Part shown: positions 37,801 through 48,316 of the stretch, piece after piece
Numbering within the stretch: position 1 is the stretch's first letter
Layout: each line of letters begins with the position of its first letter
NCBI GenBank assembly: GCA_002269645.1
Contig: NIVC01002815.1
Location: forward strand, 1 to 64,000
Source: Macrostomum lignano
Lineage: Eukaryota
DNA: 64,000 nt
Direction of reading: 5' to 3'
Translations under genes and position numbers: made by a program
The notes under the pieces: generated by a model
Database searches by the model: none
Seen by the model: the letters and a program-made list of their open reading frames with translations, nothing else
What the model was told of the DNA's origin: nothing

Positions 37801-40800
37801 TACGATTCCTGGGCTACGAGATCAGTGCAGATGGAACTTGCCCTCTAAAGGAGAAAGTGGAAGCCATTGCCGGATTAAAAGAGCCAAGCGACCTCAAACA
37901 ACTACAGGCATTCTTGGGAATGGTCGATTTCTATGGACGGTGCATTCCTAACTTGGCTACGTTAAAAGAGTCATTGACCAATCTAACCAGGTCAGGTGTG
38001 CGATGGACCTGGGGAAGGCAAGAACAGAAGGCATTTAACACAATCAAGGAAAGATTGCTCAACGCCGGACTTCTAAAGTCATTCGATCCAGCTGACAATG
38101 TTATACTTACGACTGATGCATCACCGGTGGGACTGGGAGCCGTGTTGGAGCAGTCGTCCGGTCCTGTTCTATTTATCTCCAAGACGTTGACACAGGCTGA
38201 GAGAAATTATGCACAGATCGAAAGAGAGGCGCTAGCCATAGTCTGGGCGGTTAAACGCCTCCACAAATATCTGCTAGGACGCAAGTTCGTGCTCAGGACG
38301 GACCATCAACCACTGAAATTTTTGTTCAACCCGGGAAAGGCCTTGTCTACGGTTGCTGCTGCTAGGCTACAGCGATGGGCGATCACACTCATGGAGTATG
38401 GTTACGTCATCGAGTATAAGCGTTCCGAGGAGATCCCTGTCGCTGATGCCCTATCTCGATTGAATAATAGTGCCGCGGAGAGCGAACAATTCGACGTCAA
38501 CTCGATTCAGGACAGTCTACTTGATATACCAGTTGACAAGCAGCGGCTTAGGCGCACGTCAATGCTTGATCAGGAAATGCGACGACTGTTTGCGCTCGTC
38601 AAGCATGGCTGGACAGCCCGAGGAATCAAGGAGCTACCAACATACGCTCGAACTCGTGACGAACTGGTGATCGAGAACGGTCTTCTTTACAGAGGAATAC
38701 GCCTGCTGATCCCGGAGGAGGAGCGACAAAGAGTTCTTCAACTATTGCACGACGGCCACATAGGCGCGGACAAGATGAAATCCATCGCCAGACAATGCGT
38801 ATGGTGGCCGGGAATAGACGCTGATGTCACTAGGCATACCAAGCAATGCGTCGCTTGTCAGACAAATAAAGACCATGGAGCATCAATCCAATGGGCATCT
38901 TGGCCAGAGGAAAGCGAAAAGTGGTGCCGTGTGCACGCAGACTACGCTGGACCGTTTAAGGGCAACAAGTACCTGCTCGTAATAGTCGATGCCTACAGCA
39001 AATGGGCAGAATTACATGTTACGCAGTCAACTACATCGGCAGAAACTATCCGACGTTTCCGAAGAACGTTCTCGCAAGAAGGTGTTCCCGCAACATTGGT
39101 TACTGACAATGGTCCACAATTCACTTCAGTGGAGATGGAGGGCTGGCTCAAAGGAAACGGATGCAGACACGTGCTCACGCCTCCGTACCACCCACGATCA
39201 AACGGCCTTGCGGAAAGGTTTGTGAGAGACATAAAGAACCATGTGGCGGCATCAGGAGGCGAAGACGATCTACAAACCAGTGTCGACCGCTTCCTTCTAC
39301 AGTACAGGAACTCCCGTCACTCCACGACAGGAAGGGCACCTGCAGAGTTAATGCGAGGACATCTGCTTCGGACGGCAACGTTGACCTTGGCCAAAGAACC
39401 GGTGTGGGTAAAGACATACAGGAACGAAACCGAGAAATGGAAGCCCGGTGAAATCGTTGCTAGAGAAGGTAAGAAAATTGTGGGCGTACAATTGGAAGAC
39501 GGAAAACACGGCCGATATCATCTGGAGCAGACAAAGCCAAGGATTCCCGTTGAAACTAGCGAGCCTCAGGAGAGCTCACAGCAAGGTGTTGCTGACCAGA
39601 ACACAAGTAACCCGATAGAAGAGCCTGGACAACCTGAAAGAGGTCATCGCTGCCAGCGCACGCGGAAGGCACCCGACAGACTGAACTACTCAACTTTAGG
39701 AAGCCCGGATTGCGCGTGAACTGGAGTGAACTCGGACAGTTGCAGAAACTATCGGGAAGGAGTGTTAGATGTATTAATTTGATATAGACTTTTATCTATG
39801 GCTTGACCGCCACTAGAATTACAGTACAACTTGAATGAGCGGTGCCTCGTTCTAAGGCCACAATCAATAAAAGTGATATTGAGAGCTGCTCAACTGGAGC
39901 ACTTAAGAAATTACCGAGTTAGCTAAAGGCTACATCAAAATTGGTGTTATAGTGTCTGTGCATCCAGAACCAACAATGGTTAAGACGTCATACTGGCTTA
40001 TGTACTTTTGCTGAGAAGCCATTGGTCAACTGAAAATCTATGGTACAAAACTATTCTCCTCGTTTCGGTGTGCAAAGTAAAATATTGGCAAAGACAGTTT
40101 CAGAGCACATCGCAGTCTTTATGTAGCATTTCCCACTCAATTTGGTCCTGTGAGCAGTTACTTTAGTCCTGAATTTTAAAAGCACACACATCAAGCATCT
40201 ATCTTGATAATGCAACACAATGCGGAACAGTGCAACATAACAGAAGAGCCATCGTGCTGAATAGTCAGTTCCAAAAGTTACTCAACTCAGAGAATAGGTA
40301 CGCCAGCGATGCATCGGTGGAGGTAGCGCATCGTTTTACGATGCTATCCTCCGAATTTTACTGCAGTTACCGCATCTGTCGCCTCTACAATTCTCCACTT
40401 CCCGGGGAGGGAAGCTCTTCGCTACCTTTAACTTCCGTTATCAAGCAAACATGGTAAGATTGACAAGACGTACAGGCTTAGTGAGATACTTTTGAAAATG
40501 CTGAAACACCTTGGATACTGTGACTCTGTCTATTGACAATATTTAATGCCATTTAAATTTTCCAACAACTTATCGAGTGGAATAGCGGGTATATTGTATC
40601 TGTCTCCATCCCGCAGCAATGCTCTCAGCCTGCTGGCTCGCTAAACAAGTGCGTCGGCTCCTTTCACTCCCAACTGGTTTGTCGCTACGATCTGACTGAT
40701 AAATTCTCGCCCAACAGTCACCGGTCGCAGACTTCTGCTGCCGCTGCCGCTGCTGCTTCCTCTGGCACTTCCGCTGGTACCGAAACCGGAAACTACCTTG

Positions 40801-43800
40801 ACAGGAGCAACTATGATGGTAAGACTGCCTTTTAATGTTTGTATGCCATTTCTATCTGCTGCCTTTTTTGTTCTTTACTAGAAAGATCAGTACCTGATTG
40901 TGGTTGACATGCTATTGGATTTTTCTCTTTTTTGGCAAACTTTCGCTTTGATTTTCCTTGTCTACCTGCCTTCTTCGCCCATTGTGCAGTTGACTCGGCT
41001 TGCTTTTTAGCATCCGCGCTCACCAATAAGACATTGGCAAATAGAAGAAAACTAGCAATCTACGCCCCCCGTTGGGGAGCCAAAGAAATGCAATACACGT
41101 ATTTTTAATAAGCTACATGTAGCCTTGAAATCTTAAAAAATCTCCTGTCAAAATTCTAACCCTAACCAAAACCCTAAATTCAATATTTTGTCCATGAGTT
41201 TTTGCATGATCGATGCTTCTATGATTTTTGGCATGACGCTTCCATTGTTTTTGCATGACGCTTCCATTATTTTTGCATGATGCTTCCATGATAAACATTT
41301 TTAATAAGCTAAATGAGCCAAGTTATAAGCTACCCTAACCCTAACCCTAACCCGAATCTTAACGCAATAACCCTGAACCTAACCCTAAACCTAAACCCTA
41401 ATACCAACCCTAACACTAACCCTACAGCCTGACATCTGCATAAGTTTGTGAAGAGCTAGTATTATTTTTTAGCTTAGTATCTTAGCGTTAGGGAGCCAAA
41501 AATACAGTACAAGTTTTGTAATAAACTACATGTAGCATCTCTTTGCAATATACCTCAGAAGTCCCTTGTAAGCCTTGAAATGTCAGTAATTCCCCCCACA
41601 AGCTTTAACAAATCAACTCCCCCCCTTGACATCTCAGCGATGCCCCAAATAAGCCTTGAAGTCTAAAAAAATCTGTCAACCTTCTAACCCTAACCCTAGC
41701 CTAACCCTAACCCTAACCCTAGCCTAACCCTAACCCTAACCCTAGCCTAACCCTAACCCTAACCCTAACCTAACCCTAAAGCATTGAAATTTCAGTAATT
41801 CTGAGTCATTATAGCACTACTACAGCGTTATAGCGATTCCCTGCAAGCCTCGACATCGTAGGGATTCCCAAATGAATCTCTTAAATTCGACATGAAGCTT
41901 CTTTTATTTTTTACATTATGCTTTTTCTATCAGTGAGCCCTGAGGAGCCAACAAAAAATGTAATAAAAAGTTTTCATTAAACTACATGTAGCTTCTGACT
42001 TTAGCCTTGAAATATCATTTATACCCCCGTGAGCCTTGACATCTCAGCTATTCCCCCCGTAAGCCTTGACATGTCAGCAATGGCCCCCATAAACCTTGAA
42101 ATCTAAAAAATCCCCTGTTAACCTTGAAACCCGATAAAATATAACCCTCAACCCACACCTGACCTAAACCTAACTTTAACCCAACCTAAAGCCTTGAAAT
42201 CTCAGCAATTCTTCTCCCCTAAGCCTTGACATTTTGGTGATTCTTTCTTTAAGAATCACAGCACTATAACGATTTCCACCAAGCTTTGACATCGTAGCAA
42301 TTCCCAAATGAATCTTTTAACTTCGACATGACTTTTCTTTTATGTATACATAGTGCTACTTTTATTTTTTACATGACTTTTCTTCTATCAGCGCATCAGC
42401 TATCAGCCCCCCCGTGACGAGCCAACAAAGAATGCAATAAAAAAATGGAGTAAAGTACATGAACTTTGAAGTAGCTTCTGACTTTTGCTTTGACATCTCA
42501 GAAACCCCCCCCCCCGTAATCTCAGTTATTCTCTGAGAGCCTTTACGTCTCAGTTTTTCTCCCCAGCACAGCATTATAGTTGCATTTAATTTTTACATGA
42601 CGTTTCTTTTATTCTACCGTGACGCTTCTTAATTTTTTAAATGACACTTTCATTAGTTTTAAATGAGGCTTCTATGATTTTTTCTTGACGCTTCTATGAT
42701 TTTTATATGACGTTTCTATGATTGTTTACATGACGCTTCTATGATTGTTTACATGACGCTTCTATGATTTTTTACATGGCGCTTCTATGATTGTTTTCAT
42801 GACGCTTCTATGATTGTTTACATGACGCTTCTATGATTGTTTACATGACGCTTCTATGATTTTTTACATGACGCTCTATGATTGTTTACATGACGCTTCT
42901 ATGATTGTTTACATGACGCTTCTATGATTGTTTGCATGACGCTTCTATGATTTTTACATGACGCTTCTATGATTTTTTCATGACGCTTCTATGATTTTTG
43001 CATGACGCTTCTATGATTATTACATGACGCTTTTAATATTTTTTCATGACGCTTCCATGATTTTTTCATGACGCTTCTATGATTTTTTATGACGCTTCTA
43101 TGATTTTTTATGACGCTATTTTGACTTTTACATGACGCTTCTATGATTGTTTACATGACGCTTCTATGATTTTTTAAATGACGCTACTATGATTGTTTGC
43201 ATGACGCTTCTATGATTTTTACATGACGCTACTATGATTGTTTGCATGACGCTTCTATGATTTTTACATGACGCTTCTATGATTTTTTCATGACGCTTCT
43301 ATGATTTTTGCATGACGCTTCTATGATTATTACATGACGCTTTTATTATTTTTTCATGACGCTTCCATGATTTTTTCATGACGCTTCTATGATTTTTTAT
43401 GACGCTTTTTTGACTTTTACATGACGCTTCTATGATTGTTTGCATGACGCTTCTATGATTGTTTACATGACGCTTCTATGATTTTTTCATGACGCTTCTA
43501 TGATTTTTTACATGACGCTTCTATGATTGTTTACATGACGCTTCTATGATTTTTTTACATTACACTTCCATGATTTTTATATAACGCTTTTACGATTTTT
43601 ACATGGCGATTCTATGATTGTTTACATGACGCTTCTATGATTTTTTACATGACGCTTCTATGATTTTTTCATGACGCTTCTATGATTTTTTACATGACGC
43701 TTCTATGATTGTTTACATGACGCTTCTATGATTGTATACATGACGCTTCTATGATTGTTTACATGACGCTTCTATGATTTTTTACATTACGCTTCTATGA

Positions 43801-46800
43801 TTTTTATATAACGCTTTTACGATTTTTTACATGGCGCTTCTATGATTGTTTACATGACACTTCTATGATTTTTTACATGACGCTTCTTTTTAAAAAGTCT
43901 TTTAGTTTTCCTGACGTTGAAAAGCTTTAATTAAAAAAATTATACTCTATGAAAATTCGAACCATCGTCGCTGCATTTGGCAGTTCAGTTTGTTCACCTC
44001 TAGGCTAGCTCTCATCGTTTTGATAACATCAAATTTTGCACTTATATAATTCAACACTTTAAAATCCAAGCATAGAGTAAATCACACGAAGCAGTTATGA
44101 CATAATCAGTTTCTCAGTCAGTCAGTATCAGTTAACAATATGGTTACGCAATTTAAATCAAGTCTGGTGCTACGCTTCCACACTGCATTTTCAATTCAAG
44201 TCGGAGTTACAATTCAGTTATGATGCAATCTATTTCAGAATCAGAATTCAACCAGTCAGTTTTTTCTCTAGCATTCTTACAATGCATTTCAAGTCGAAAA
44301 GTTTGCTTGACCTTTGCAAAAAAGCATGTTTTTCGAATATTTAATCACTTTAACATGGAGCAATTTCTTAGCCAAGATGCATGTACCGTCACCGGAAAAT
44401 TTCTGATCGAACAGTGCAAGTCTCATGAAAATCGGTCCAGCCATTTTTTCTCTAATCGATTGCGTACAAACAAACAAACAAGCAAGATTTTCATTTTTAG
44501 TATATACGAGGCCAACTCCTCCGCTGGAGGAGAAAGGGGAAGAACTCCCATCACCGGAATTCCATTCCCTGAAATCCACCAACTGAATCCCATCATCCAA
44601 CTCCTCACCGCAAAACTGAACACCATGGAAATCCTCTCCGCGAAACAGAAATCCTCTCCGTGAAACTGAACTCCAAGGAAATCCTCTGCGTGAAACTAAA
44701 ATCCATCAAAATTGTCTCCGTAAAACAGAAATACATCAAAATTCTCTCCACGAAACAGAAATCGTCTCCGGGAAACTGAAAACCATCGAAATCCTCTCCG
44801 CAAGACAGAAATCCTCTCCAAGAAACTGAAAACCATTGAAATTCCCTCCGTGAAACTGGATTCAATCGAAATTTTCTCCGTCAAAGGGAATAAACTCCAA
44901 GGATTCAATGGTTAGGGTTAGGGTTAGGGTTATGGTTAGAGCTACACACAGCAGCGTGTTGAAAGGCGCCGATAAAAAAATTGAACCAATTGAATCAGTT
45001 GAATGCGCAACCAATTTCATAGTCATTCAGTATCAGTCTCGGTAAAATTAGGAAAAAAAATTGCGCAATCTAAATCAACCCTCCAATACACAGCGACCGA
45101 CCCCTTCCAATACGCAGTGAAGGTTAGAAATTCAACCCCCCCCCTAACTGTTGGGGTGTCGGTCGAACCCCCATTGAACCCGTAAAATGAGTACAATCTT
45201 TGCAGAGAGTTAAAAGTATTGAAATATCGTCTTTGCTTTTGCTTTGCTTTTTGCTTTCATATTTAAAGCAAACAACTTATATCCTCGAAGTCAGCATTGA
45301 AAGATCTTTCCAGCAATATAAGTCTCTTCTCTCAGAGTTCAAAACTCGAGGAACAGTTGGCGTTTGAAATATCCCAATTTAAAGCATTGAACTATCGAGT
45401 GTACGCATACGTGCACTGCCTGCTAAAAAGGCTTGCAAGTTTATTCATTGAATTCCACTGCCGCCCCAGCACCCTCAACACAGGGGGGTTTGGTTAAGTT
45501 CTCAGTGCACACAGTTGTGGCGCAATCGCTAAAAATTGATGTCAACCGGCCCAGCTTACACCCCTTCAGTTGAAAGAATACACTGCACAGATAGGCCGGC
45601 TGTTGTGGCGCAATCATTGCAAATTACGCAAGATGTTCATATTCCCCTATTGTTCTACGATTTCTGCTTTTTTAGGGATCTTAAAATTTGAAAATAAAAA
45701 ATTTAAATAGCCCACTGCCATCCTCGGAAAATTTGCAGTTTTCCCATATAAGTTTCAACGCTGACTTGCAAGTCGTCTAGGAGGAGATGTGTATCACACA
45801 AACAGACAAACAACGCACCAACTTTAGTATTAAGACGAGTGGAACTCCTCCGTTGGAGGAGAAATCCGCTGAATTGAAATCCCCGGAATCCCATGGTTGG
45901 AATGTTGAATCTGCAGAACTCCATATCGTAACCCTAACCCTAGCTCTTGGGCCAGCGAAATTGAGCTACTGAAACGATCGCCTGCCCCCGTTGATGCATA
46001 TGCATTGCGCCATCGCTGTCGCAGCCCGGTTCTCACAAATGTACACTGCATTTAGCCGAATTTATTCATTTATGCCGGCCTTGTTACTTGCAAGCGTACA
46101 GTAAAGATCTACAGTACAGTCTATAGCCCATGCACCTCCCCCAAATGCACAGGGAGAGTCTAGGCTTGTGCATTGCACAGTCAGAATTGAAATTAATGAA
46201 ACCCCTCCCCAGCCACTTAACGTTTTCACAATTGAAATCAAGAAATTTTCTATGACAAATTGCTCTGATGCAGTTGAGATTTCGGAACAGAAAATTATAC
46301 CATTCTGTTCAGTTTTTCAAACTCTTTCCAACGGTGTGATTCACTTTTCTGTAGCTTGAAAATTAAAAGCAGAAATTAAGGTGCAAGTTTTCCCGTTTCT
46401 TACTTGCAGAGCGCAATGTACACTCTGTGATGAGTTGAAAAATCAAGCCATCCATTCTCGCGCAGTGTGCACCTCCACCCCTTTTTAACACTGAGCAAGT
46501 AGGCCGCCAATTCTCAAGTGCCGGCGACCCTCCCCCAGCTGAAATGAAATACACTGCAGAGATAGGAGAAAAGTTGTGGCGCAACCATACAAAATAGCGT
46601 CAAGTGGGATGGGAAGTCCATGGAATGCGATATATAGACATCTGGCTGTCTGGTTTGTGCTGTTTTCTGCTTTTTTGAAGCACTTAAAATTGAAATTTGA
46701 AAATGAATTTTAAATTGTAGCATCGTCGGGACATTTGACATGTTTTGGTACCGGTTTGAAAGTTGAGTTGCAAGAATCCTAGGAGGAGATCGTCGACAAA

Positions 46801-48316
46801 CCCGGCCCACCGGCCCACCCTACCACCGGACCACGACGTCAGCTTTAGTATATAGAAGATAAGAGGAAGGAAGATTTAGTATATTTAGATTATACCGCCT
46901 TGATTCAGATCTAGTTTCCCTCCTTTATCTTCAGTTCCATTAATTAAGCCATGCTTAAAGTGCCAATTAATTGTTGTCAACTGAAAGGACAGTACAGGTA
47001 GCTAAAAGGTTCAAAGATTTCTTCGACCTGTCCTACCAGAATAGTACAGGCTGCTAGTCTATACCGTGGGAGGGCAGCTCAGCGGTGAACGCGTCCGAGT
47101 CTTGCTCCACAGTACCCGGGTTTAGCTTGTTTTTAAACTTCCAAACCACCCATTCTTATCACCGGCAGTTCTATTACGTATGTATTTATGGCTTAGTTGC
47201 ATGTGTTTTCTGTTTGTTTGTACTCGTCTTTCTGAGTTAAAATAGAGCTTGAGCCTGTGTACACCAATTTAGCCTGAAGTTCCAGGCACATACAGACGTA
47301 TTTGTGACCGGACGGGGCGGTTAGGAGCTCAACACTGGCTTCAAATTTTCGGCCTTGCTGACATTCTATATAAGGCTTTATCAGTAGATCTTTGTTCGCC
47401 TTCCTTTGGGACAGTGCCCCTAGAAAAATAGGTAGCTACCTTAGCCTGTCTTTATCCCAAACAGCAGTGGTCACATCAGCTATGATTATATATGTGACAT
47501 GTTAAACTGCTAGCCAAGCCACTCAATGTATTTCTCAAGCATACAGAGCTGTTGTCAGCTTGTCAAAACTCGCGCTCAGAACCCGCAGAATCCATACCGG
47601 ACCAACAGGCTGCGAACTGTGACACCCCAGCAGCAGCTTCGGCCGACCGCCGCCCAGCAGCTCAAATTGGCGAGGCCTTCATACCGCTATACCAGCAGCA
47701 GGCGGCTAGTAGCAGCAGCTTCCGAGTCGAGCTCGACCAGCTTCGAGCCATGGCTCGCCAGCTTCTGCCCGAGGGCACCAGTCGATCGCAGGTGAAAAAG
47801 CTGGCAAACCGGCTGCGCTACTGGCGCCGGCACGGCTACCAGCCGTCCACACCGGAGGAGGAGGCGCAGATGGCTCAGCGGATGGAAGCCTGGGTGCTGG
47901 AGGTGGCGGATTCTCACAACTATCTGCACAAATTGAACTTCAAACGACGATGCCGACTGTTGAATTCAACTGGTGCAGCTCTGGAAGTCATTCGCAGCTG
48001 CCGACAGTTCAGCGATGCTCCGCCAGCTGGCAGGGCAAAACAGCGAAAGGTCAAGCGAAAACGATGGCCAAATAAGCAGAAACTGAAGCAGCTGCAGCAG
48101 CAGCACAAGGAAGAGCTGATACTTGCTTCAAGGAAGCAAGCAAGTAAGCAGGGCAGCGCCCCAGTAGAAGCCACCGTGTGGTCGGGCCGGCTCCGTGAGC
48201 GGCGCTGCCAGAAGCAGCAGGACAAGAAAATTTGCACCGGGAAAAGCGTCAAGAATAAATCTGGCAGAGTTAGTAATGTACAGACTAGAAAGGCTGGACA
48301 GAAGAGAAAGAAGTGA
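25086..48316 (+). CDS. ZCCHC7: ZCCHC7/Air1-like zinc-knuckle protein (TRAMP RNA-binding subunit), 761 aa. Exons 25086-25806, 26440-26780, 27196-27231, 28912-29127, 40617-40818, 47547-48316
   Basis: All six exons have GT-AG sites with matching phases (2286 nt in total). Five CX2CX4HX4C knuckles, two of them completed only across introns. The CPDIWRQYHST linker matches the Air/ZCCHC7 IWRxY motif. Basic Lys/Arg-rich C-terminus. Confidence 0.85.
26440..26780 (+). CDS. ZCCHC7: ZCCHC7-like coding exon 2 (knuckles 1-3 and most of 4)
   Basis: ttgcag|ATCTTTGG; CSVCLKRGHLSEQC, CILCGCEGHAKTSC, CPLCLTSGHGVEAC, CNRCGALGHWKD; donor gtgagt. Confidence 0.9.
27196..27231 (+). CDS. ZCCHC7: ZCCHC7-like 36-nt exon 3 (QCPDIWRQYHST)
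   Basis: ttgcag|CAATGC...ACT|gtaagt, phase 0-0. Confidence 0.88.
28912..29127 (+). CDS. ZCCHC7: ZCCHC7-like exon 4 (ends in YCCNCARRGHSVH)
   Basis: tttactag|GTG ... CAT|gtgagt, 216 nt. Confidence 0.85.
29969..30981 (+). pseudogene. Frameshifted Tc1-family transposase remnant in ZCCHC7-like intron 4
   Basis: Paired HTH (RLRAVEML..G.TLRTVANHFG.S..IVLRL...TGSV), WQRIIITDE, ISIRDKTQLVFL, LLQMHLLPF and RSPDMNSSEH are split over several frames; the second catalytic Asp (QDN) is lost. Possible right TIR end GCCCAGTG|TA near 31030. Confidence 0.82.
31820..31945 (-). repeat. Inverted copy of the ~29-bp AGCCTTGACATCTCAG module also found at 41.5-42.5 kb
   Basis: CTGAGATGTCAAGGCTC (31857-31873) is the exact reverse complement of GAGCCTTGACATCTCAG near 42031. 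Confidence 0.7.
35674..35886 (+). repeat. 5' LTR
   Basis: TGTTAGATG...GAACCAACA; contains AATAAA. Confidence 0.97.
35888..35902 (+). promoter_or_regulatory. Primer-binding site TGGTGACGAGGATGG, likely tRNA-Ser(GCT); overlaps the gag ATG
   Basis: Lies one base after the LTR. It matches the recalled complement of the metazoan tRNA-Ser(GCT) 3' end (TGGCGACGAGGATGG) at 14/15 positions. Confidence 0.75.
35899..36615 (+). CDS. gag: Gypsy Gag (capsid-like part), 238 aa
   Basis: W..RFE...WNDD, RQAADNCEF..L.DRLRDQFVFGL. Confidence 0.9.
   Translation: MATIPIEPPETDVPAEVSRWLQRFEAIAKVNKWNDDVLKYAFIAQLGKKAFNLLADASLPAKPEEKTFDQLKTLLTNETKASKSGLAYRYAFHHMKQESGEDTSAYARRLRQAADNCEFTDLNDRLRDQFVFGLLNKDIVRKLLSEKLADLTWERVTSVASACEAVARGEKQMSSSEILSVKRADRPRLRIDRTIAKRGSQPGTASGINKAIATKQNVSAVARMDTARTSASTVQRPA
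36408..39719 (+). CDS. pol: Gypsy NC-PR-RT-RH-IN frame (open from 36408, -1 relative to gag)
   Basis: CFCCGKDGHRKDVC and CLNCGKTGHLKAVC knuckles; protease DTG; RT CGDYK, LDLTNAY, YQDD; RNase H TDAS, IEREALA, TDHQPL; integrase HHCC, HADYAGP, TDNGPQF, SNGLAERFV. Confidence 0.95.
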   Translation, partial: KTDEQQRNFIGQEGGSTAFADRQNDRKAWQPTGYGKWNQQSHRDQTKCFCCGKDGHRKDVCQHRSKTCLNCGKTGHLKAVCKSNTSRPAQGSRQTVKVRAIEPQKDSSGPVGAQDSIFSVNGSCEEPSRRRITRLQLVNGANLHMIMDTGSVSSFVPLKVYQGLPLKSNLRPTARRFTAYQGDPVRVLGEVTVRVERGGAVANLPLFVVDHRDVEPIYGLDWIAELEPELYVAITQGGNADATEERQSSRMSPVDTVKASLSIRPGAKPVFCKPRPIPYGIQEDVKNELRRMESEGQLEKVQSSEWATPIVCVRKQSGSIRICGDYKITLNPVLKDMVSTTPSIDEVMSRLGRARKFSTLDLTNAYLQVPVDAETSQIQTWSTPFGLFRPTAWAFGVKQAPAIFQSHMDKLLLNLDGVISYQDDILIWGESQTDHDERLNTVMRILENNGLRINADKSVLNKSSIRFLGYEISADGTCPLKEKVEAIAGLKEPSDLKQLQAFLGMVDFYGRCIPNLATLKESLTNLTRSGVRWTWGRQEQKAFNTIKERLLNAGLLKSFDPADNVILTTDASPVGLGAVLEQSSGPVLFISKTLTQAERNYAQIEREALAIVWAVKRLHKYLLGRKFVLRTDHQPLKFLFNPGKALSTVAAARLQRWAITLMEYGYVIEYKRSEEIPVADALSRLNNSAAESEQFDVNSIQDSLLDIPVDKQRLRRTSMLDQEMRRLFALVKHGWTARGIKELPTYARTRDELVIENGLLYRGIRLLIPEEERQRVLQLLHDGHIGADKMKSIARQCVWWPGIDADVTRHTKQCVACQTNKDHGASIQWASWPEESEKWCRVHADYAGPFKGNKYLLVIVDAYSKWAELHVTQSTTSAETIRRFRRTFSQEGVPATLVTDNGPQFTSVEMEGWLKGNGCRHVLTPPYHPRSNGLAERFVRDIKNHVAASGGEDDLQTSVDRFLLQYRNSRHSTTGRAPAELMRGHLLRTATLTLAKEPVWVKTYRNETEKWKPGEIVAREGKKIVGVQLEDGKHGRYHLEQTKPRIPVETSEPQESSQQGVADQNTSNPIEEPGQPERGHRCQRTRKAPDRLNYSTLGSPDCA
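39763..39975 (+). repeat. 3' LTR
   Basis: Same as the 5' LTR except two substitutions; preceded by PPT GGGAAGGAG (39754-39762). Confidence 0.97.
40617..40818 (+). CDS. ZCCHC7: ZCCHC7-like exon 5 (QCSQP...LVCRYD...), not present in the ORF track
   Basis: ccgcag|CAATGC completes knuckle 5; open for 67 codons; donor G|gtaaga. Confidence 0.8.
41060..42540. repeat. Degenerate ~420-480-bp tandem modules containing (CCCTAA)n tracts
   Basis: GGAGCCAA...CTACATGTAGC...CCTTGAAAT recurs near 41074, 41490, 41942 and 42420; telomere-like tracts at 41333-41420 and 41685-41778. Confidence 0.7.
42590..43870. repeat. ~22-23-bp minisatellite (CATGACGCTTCTATGATTGTTTA)n
   Basis: More than 50 tandem copies with no unique spacers. 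Confidence 0.97.
44180..46860 (+). mobile_element. Cluster of putative Helitron/Helentron-derived non-autonomous element 3' ends
   Basis: Three similar endings, each a short microsatellite followed by TTTAGTAT(A/T): ~44430-44510, ~45780-45838 and ~46780-46860. 45560-45830 and 46530-46860 are related to each other. The family assignment is from recalled resemblance only. Confidence 0.35.
44580..44940. repeat. Degenerate GAAACTGAA..CCAT.GAAATCCTCTCC tandem array followed by (GGGTTA)n
   Basis: Read directly; TTAGGG tract at ~44910-44938. Confidence 0.8.
47547..48316 (+). CDS. ZCCHC7: ZCCHC7-like terminal exon 6
   Basis: catacag|AG gives the required phase 1 join into the 47552..48316 ORF. Homology of this tail was not independently recognised. 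Confidence 0.65.

Larger units (their letters stand above)
35674..39975 (+). mobile_element. Full-length young Ty3/Gypsy LTR retrotransposon (Mag-like, no env or chromodomain)
   Basis: 213-bp TG...CA LTRs differing at 2 positions; 5-bp TSD ATGGT (35669-35673 and 39976-39980); PBS, PPT, gag and an uninterrupted pol. Confidence 0.98.

Noticed and set aside
41685-41778. True telomere or fusion site
   Set aside because: Short, variant-interrupted, and embedded in repeat modules inside an intron.
42590-43870. CRISPR array or array of CRE-like (TGACG) sites
   Set aside because: Variation between units is only T-run slippage; it is an ordinary minisatellite with no evidence of regulatory function.
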